NCBI GenBank assembly: GCA_044374815.1 | Contig: JBILNU010000001.1 | Location: forward strand, 1-52,915 | Length of the DNA: 52,915 nucleotides | DNA from: Flavobacterium sp. | Lineage (GTDB): Bacteria; Bacteroidota; Bacteroidia; Flavobacteriales; Flavobacteriaceae | Direction of reading: 5' to 3' | Part shown: one piece after another, positions 48,501 through 52,915 of the stretch | How the letters are laid out: every line of letters begins with the position of its first letter | Position numbering within the stretch: the stretch's first letter is position 1 | Translations under genes and position numbers: made by a program | The notes under the pieces: model-generated | Told to the model about the DNA's origin: nothing | Databases searched by the model: none | Seen by the model: the letters and a program-made list of their open reading frames with translations, nothing else

Positions 48501-50300
48501 ATGGGTTTAGTCACTGCAAAAGAAGTTTCAAAAGCAATTAATGCCGATAAGTATGGTGTTTTAGGTACATTCGCTGGATGGGTCTTGATGAAAGTGCTTA
48601 AGATCTCTACATTGAATAAATTATATGACAGGAATAAAAATCTTGAAGAAATTGAATTTTTAAATTCTCTTTTGGATGAATTACAAATAAAATTTGAAAT
48701 CCCTGAGGAAGATTTAAAACGATTACCAAAAGACGGGGCTTATATTACCATTTCTAATCACCCTCTTGGTGGAATTGATGGCGTATTATTATTAAAATTA
48801 ATGCTTGAAAAAGAGCCTAATTTTAAAATAATTGCTAATTTTTTATTACATCGAATTGAGCCACTTAAAAAATATATAATGCCTGTTAATCCTTTTGAAA
48901 ATCATAAAGATGTAAAATCTAGCGTGATAGGGTTAAAAGAAACATTTCGCCATTTAAGTGATGGAAAACCTCTAGGGATGTTTCCAGCAGGAGAAGTTTC
49001 AACTTACAAAGACGGAAAATTAGTTGTAGATAAACCTTGGGAAGAAGGAGCAATAAAGGTAATTAGAAAAGCTCAAGTCCCTGTTGTCCCAATCTATTTT
49101 CATGCTAAAAACAGTGGATTATTTTATTTATTATCTAAAATAAATAGCACTTTAAGAACAGCAAAGTTACCATCGGAATTATTTTCTCAAAAAGATAGAG
49201 TAATTAAAGTTCGAATTGGAAAACCAATTTCGGTTAACGAGCAAAATGAATATAAAACTATTGAAGATTATTCAGAGTTTTTGAGAAAAAAAACCTACAT
49301 GCTTGCCAATTCTTTTAATAAAGAAAATAAATTATTAACGGTACCCAATTTAAAACCTCAAAAAAGTCCTAAAAAGATTGTTACTCCCGCAAATGAGGAA
49401 GCAATGATTGCCGAGGTTGCAAAATTAAGAGAAACCGATTGTCGTTATTTTCAAAGTAAAAACTACGAAGTTTTTTTTGCAAAGGCAGATACTATTCCTA
49501 ATGTTCTTCATGAGATAGGAAGGTTGAGAGAAATTACATTTAGAGAGGTGGGTGAAGGAACAAATGAATCAATTGATTTAGATAAATACGATCAATATTA
49601 CCGTCACATGTTTCTTTGGGATGAAGATGCTAAAAAAATTGCCGGTGCCTATAGGATGGGATTGGGTTCAGAGATTTATCCTAAGCATGGTATGGCTGGA
49701 TTTTACTTGAATGATTTATTCCGATTTGAAAGTGAATTTCATGAGATAATGCACAATTCTATCGAAATGGGAAGAGCATTTATTATTAAAGAATACCAGC
49801 AAAAACCGATGCCACTGTTTTTATTATGGAGAGGGATTATTCATACTACACTTCGTTTTCCAGAGCATAAATATTTATTAGGTGGCGTGAGCATTAGTAA
49901 TCAATTTTCTGATTTTTCAAAATCTTTGATGATTGAATTTATGAAATCAAATTATTATGATCCCTATATCGCCCAATATGTGCATCCAAAAAAAGAATTT
50001 AAAGTAAAACTTAAGGATGCAGATAAAGACTTTATTTTTGACGAAACCGAAGCCGATTTAAATAAGTTTGATAAAATTATTGATGAATTGGAGCCAGGTA
50101 GTTTAAGACTTCCAGTATTAATAAAAAAATACATCAAGCAAAATGCTCGCTTGGTAGCATTTAATGTTGACCCTCTGTTTAATAATGCTATTGATGGCCT
50201 AATGTATATTCGAATTGCCGATATCCCAGAGAGTACCATGAAACCAGTAATGGAGGAATTTCAGGCGGAATTGGAAAGAAAACTTGGCGAAAAATTATAA
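48501..50300 (+). CDS. olsF: Bifunctional PlsC + GNAT acyltransferase (OlsF-like amino-lipid synthase)
   Basis: N-terminal NHPLGGIDG (HxxxxD) and FPAGEV; C-terminal RLREITFR.VGEG, D.YD..Y.H, GAYR, EMGRAF. Confidence 0.8.
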   Translation: MGLVTAKEVSKAINADKYGVLGTFAGWVLMKVLKISTLNKLYDRNKNLEEIEFLNSLLDELQIKFEIPEEDLKRLPKDGAYITISNHPLGGIDGVLLLKLMLEKEPNFKIIANFLLHRIEPLKKYIMPVNPFENHKDVKSSVIGLKETFRHLSDGKPLGMFPAGEVSTYKDGKLVVDKPWEEGAIKVIRKAQVPVVPIYFHAKNSGLFYLLSKINSTLRTAKLPSELFSQKDRVIKVRIGKPISVNEQNEYKTIEDYSEFLRKKTYMLANSFNKENKLLTVPNLKPQKSPKKIVTPANEEAMIAEVAKLRETDCRYFQSKNYEVFFAKADTIPNVLHEIGRLREITFREVGEGTNESIDLDKYDQYYRHMFLWDEDAKKIAGAYRMGLGSEIYPKHGMAGFYLNDLFRFESEFHEIMHNSIEMGRAFIIKEYQQKPMPLFLLWRGIIHTTLRFPEHKYLLGGVSISNQFSDFSKSLMIEFMKSNYYDPYIAQYVHPKKEFKVKLKDADKDFIFDETEADLNKFDKIIDELEPGSLRLPVLIKKYIKQNARLVAFNVDPLFNNAIDGLMYIRIADIPESTMKPVMEEFQAELERKLGEKL

Positions 50301-50344
50301 TTCATTTCACCCTAAACTTGCCATTTAATTTATTACACTCTAGC

Positions 50345-50367
50345 GTCATACTGAGCTTTTCGAAGTG
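50345..50367 (+). repeat. REP-like short repeat (intergenic copy)
   Basis: GTCATACTGAGCTTTTCGAAGTG between convergent genes; matches the copy in bioF. Confidence 0.6.
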
Positions 50368-50374
50368 CTAAACA

Positions 50375-51175
50375 TTAATTATCCTTTACTTTTTCTTGAA
50401 ATGAAACCCAACTCTTTTCAGTGATTGTTTGTTTTTTCTGGTATTTTTTACCTTTCAAATAAGCTAAAATATATTTAGCGCGCTCTTCCGATTCGGGGTG
50501 AGTTGAAATCCATGATAGTGCATTTGGCAAGGCCTCTTTTTGCGCCAATTCAAACATGAAATCGGCCATTGGCTCTGGGTTAATATTTGCATTAAGCAAA
50601 TACTTAACACTTTCCATATCGGCTTCTTTTTCTAGGGTTCTATCATATGCTGAAGATGAAAGTGTTTTAAAAATTTCTTTTATTATTTCGCCTCCTTTGC
50701 CTCCTGAGGCTGCAGTTAGCAAAACAGACAAACCAACTTCTTTAGAAAGTTTTTTCATCACATGATTGTTTTGAATATGCGCTATTTCATGTCCGATTAC
50801 ACCTTGTGCCGCTTCTTGCTTTTTACAATCAAGTAATAAGCCGGTATAGATAACCAAGTGATTATTTGGTAATGCAAAAGCATTCACTTCGTCATTTTTT
50901 ACTATATGTATTTTTAAAGAATCCCGTTCTATTTTATTTGCTTTGCAAATTGGCGCTATTAAACTATCAAGGGTTTTTACAATTGAATCGTTTGTAATGA
51001 CATCCTCAGTTTCATTAATGTTGTCCCAAATTAAATCGCCAATTTTATTTTCTGCAGAAGTGGTATTTTTTTCAATTTGCATAATGCCAACAAAATCAAC
51101 TTTTGATAATCCGAACCATATTCCGAAAAATAAAGCCAAAATAAATAGTCCTTGAAAAATGGTTTTATTAAGCAT
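50375..51175 (-). CDS. M48 family metallopeptidase
   Basis: N-terminal TM; VNAFALP, GHEIAH, EKEAD, STHP; ATG at 51175 (ORF track starts at GTG 51181). Confidence 0.9.
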   Translation of the reverse strand: MLNKTIFQGLFILALFFGIWFGLSKVDFVGIMQIEKNTTSAENKIGDLIWDNINETEDVITNDSIVKTLDSLIAPICKANKIERDSLKIHIVKNDEVNAFALPNNHLVIYTGLLLDCKKQEAAQGVIGHEIAHIQNNHVMKKLSKEVGLSVLLTAASGGKGGEIIKEIFKTLSSSAYDRTLEKEADMESVKYLLNANINPEPMADFMFELAQKEALPNALSWISTHPESEERAKYILAYLKGKKYQKKQTITEKSWVSFQEKVKDN

Positions 51176-51605
51176 CAGCACGACAAATTAGGTTAGTAAT
51201 ATTTCCAAAAAAGAATTGTTTTACAAATTTTCCTTTTCGAGATTCAACAGCACAGTAAATGGTTGAAATAAATTCGAAAATATTAAAACAGAAAGCAGTA
51301 ATTAAATAGGCAAAATAGCGATTGCTAACTTGTTCGTCTCCAAAAACAATTGAAACCGTCCACCAGAATCCAAAACTATTCATGCACAGCAAAGCAGCTT
51401 GAGAAATCAATGCTTGGGTACAGTGCCAACGAACAAAATAGGTACTTTTTCTATTGGCAATATAAAAAAAGAAAGTGGCGATTAAATTAATGATTGGTAG
51501 TGGTAGCCCAGCAACCAATGCAACCAATGACATCAAGTAACTATTGGAAGCTTTCTCCGATTCGTGATCGGTTGGTTTATAATCAAAGTTGGTGTTTTGT
51601 GTCAT
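51168..51605 (-). CDS. DUF4870-like membrane protein
   Basis: Three TM segments, FVRWH..QAL motif; ATG overlaps the upstream stop (ATGA). Confidence 0.7.
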   Translation of the reverse strand: MTQNTNFDYKPTDHESEKASNSYLMSLVALVAGLPLPIINLIATFFFYIANRKSTYFVRWHCTQALISQAALLCMNSFGFWWTVSIVFGDEQVSNRYFAYLITAFCFNIFEFISTIYCAVESRKGKFVKQFFFGNITNLICRADA

Positions 51606-52009
51606 AGTGCTTTTTTGATATTCCAAATCCAATTAATAATAACTAATATTACTAATAGTATTGCAATCCATTTGGTTTTGATTATGTTTTCTGCTTTATG
51701 ATAGTAATTGTAAAAAGAGTCTTTTTTAAAACTAATATCAAATAATATCCACAAAGGAAATACAATCATCATTGTTGCAACTAGTATGCCAAAAGGATTC
51801 ATTTGCAAAGAAGCCATCCAATTATTTTTTAATAGCAATTGAATGGCTCTAGTAGTCCCACAGGAAGGGCAAGGATACCCTGTTATGTTTTTTACCATAC
51901 AAGTGCTTATTGAAGCACTTTGTTCGACATTTATAGTTTTATATAAAAGATAACTAAAACCTGCAAAACAAGCTATAATTAGTATTAGATATAACCTGTT
52001 TTTAGACAT
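51602..52009 (-). CDS. DUF2752 family membrane protein
   Basis: C..K.ITGYPCPSCGTTRA...NP motif. Confidence 0.85.
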   Translation of the reverse strand: MSKNRLYLILIIACFAGFSYLLYKTINVEQSASISTCMVKNITGYPCPSCGTTRAIQLLLKNNWMASLQMNPFGILVATMMIVFPLWILFDISFKKDSFYNYYHKAENIIKTKWIAILLVILVIINWIWNIKKAL

Positions 52010-52012
52010 TAA

Positions 52013-52351
52013 TTAATATAATGCATTGTGAAACATTTGCATGTTTTTTTCACGTGTAGCGCCTTGAATCATAAACCAATCAATGATTGCCCATATTCCA
52101 AGACCACCGCAAGTTAATAACTTTCCTACACCCATCCCGGTATCTCCTATATAGAAACGGTCAATTCCATAGGCTCCTCCAAAAATTGAAATAATAAGAG
52201 TAGTAGTTGGTTCTTTAAATTGAAGGCTGTGAACGATTGATGATTTTGAATCATCTAAATTTAATAATTTTTCTCTAATTGCATTTAGATGATAACTTTC
52301 AAAATATTTTGAATTCATCATCATATACATATCTACTTTTTGTGCGTCCAT
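52013..52351 (-). CDS. TM2 domain-containing protein
   Basis: G.YGIDRFY.G..G.G..KLLTCGGLGIW.IID. Confidence 0.9.
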   Translation of the reverse strand: MDAQKVDMYMMMNSKYFESYHLNAIREKLLNLDDSKSSIVHSLQFKEPTTTLIISIFGGAYGIDRFYIGDTGMGVGKLLTCGGLGIWAIIDWFMIQGATREKNMQMFHNALY

Positions 52352-52403
52352 AATTTTGTTTGGTTTATTAATTTTTTGATTTTACTAAAATAGAAAAATT
52401 ATT

Positions 52404-52915
52404 TTAATAAACCGCCTTTATTTTATCTACAATAATCTGTGCTAGCTTTTCATGGCTTTCATGGGTCCAGCCTGCAATGTGGGGGGTAAGTAATACATTT
52501 TCTGCTTTCAATAAATAGAGAAAGGCTTCTGGTTTTTCTATATCTAAAAATAAATTATCAAAAGACAGTTTCTCATATTCTAGAACATCCAAAGCTGCCC
52601 CAAGTATTTTTCCGGTTTTTAGCGCCTCTACAACATCATCAGTGACCACATTTTTTCCTCTTGAAGTATTTATAAACCAAAATGGTTTTGTAAAAGAATT
52701 AATAAACATAGCATTCACCATGCCATCGGTATCGGGAGTCCATGGAATGTGCAAACTTAGCACATCGGCTTCAGCTTTTAGCTCTTCTAGGCTTACTTGA
52801 GTTGCATATTGATCGCCTACATTTTCTTGAATATCATAACACAAAACGTTCACATCAAAACCTTGTAATTTTTTTGCAAAAGATTTCCCCATATTTCCAT
52901 AACCAATAATACCTA
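52404..52915 (-). CDS. D-isomer 2-hydroxyacid dehydrogenase (5' truncated by window)
   Basis: Frame continues to the window end (GIIGYGNMG); INTSRG, LDVLE.E, TPHIAG. Confidence 0.9.
   Translation of the reverse strand, partial: GIIGYGNMGKSFAKKLQGFDVNVLCYDIQENVGDQYATQVSLEELKAEADVLSLHIPWTPDTDGMVNAMFINSFTKPFWFINTSRGKNVVTDDVVEALKTGKILGAALDVLEYEKLSFDNLFLDIEKPEAFLYLLKAENVLLTPHIAGWTHESHEKLAQIIVDKIKAVY

Overview
AT-rich chromosomal segment of a Flavobacterium-like Bacteroidetes. The assignment rests on TAnnTTTG -7 promoters, T9SS C-terminal domains and a split atpD-atpC locus. The window holds about 49 mostly housekeeping genes: pth, ribF, bioB and bioF-DUF2007-bioD-bioA, recX, tag, aat, greA, ahcY, atpDC, glmS, panCD, radA, xth and an OlsF-like lipid acyltransferase. 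It also has two tandem T9SS reprolysin proteases, a TPP-riboswitch-controlled TonB receptor, and a TBDR plus SGNH-lipase pair. I see no rRNA, tRNA, CRISPR, prophage or IS element. Best gene-level leads: (1) a stand-alone FabF-like ketosynthase beside bioB, a candidate pimeloyl-supply enzyme; (2) a PPTase-pnuC-DUF4301 unit reading toward the TPP riboswitch, where DUF4301 resembles a nucleotidyltransferase; (3) a translationally coupled TM2-DUF2752-DUF4870-M48 membrane operon; (4) a half-size glycogen-synthase-like protein co-transcribed with DUF4270 and glmS. Best non-coding leads: a REP-like repeat translated inside bioF, a heptamer-repeat hairpin between atpD and atpC, and a terminator in the greA leader. 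All family assignments come from recognising motifs by eye, not from database searches.
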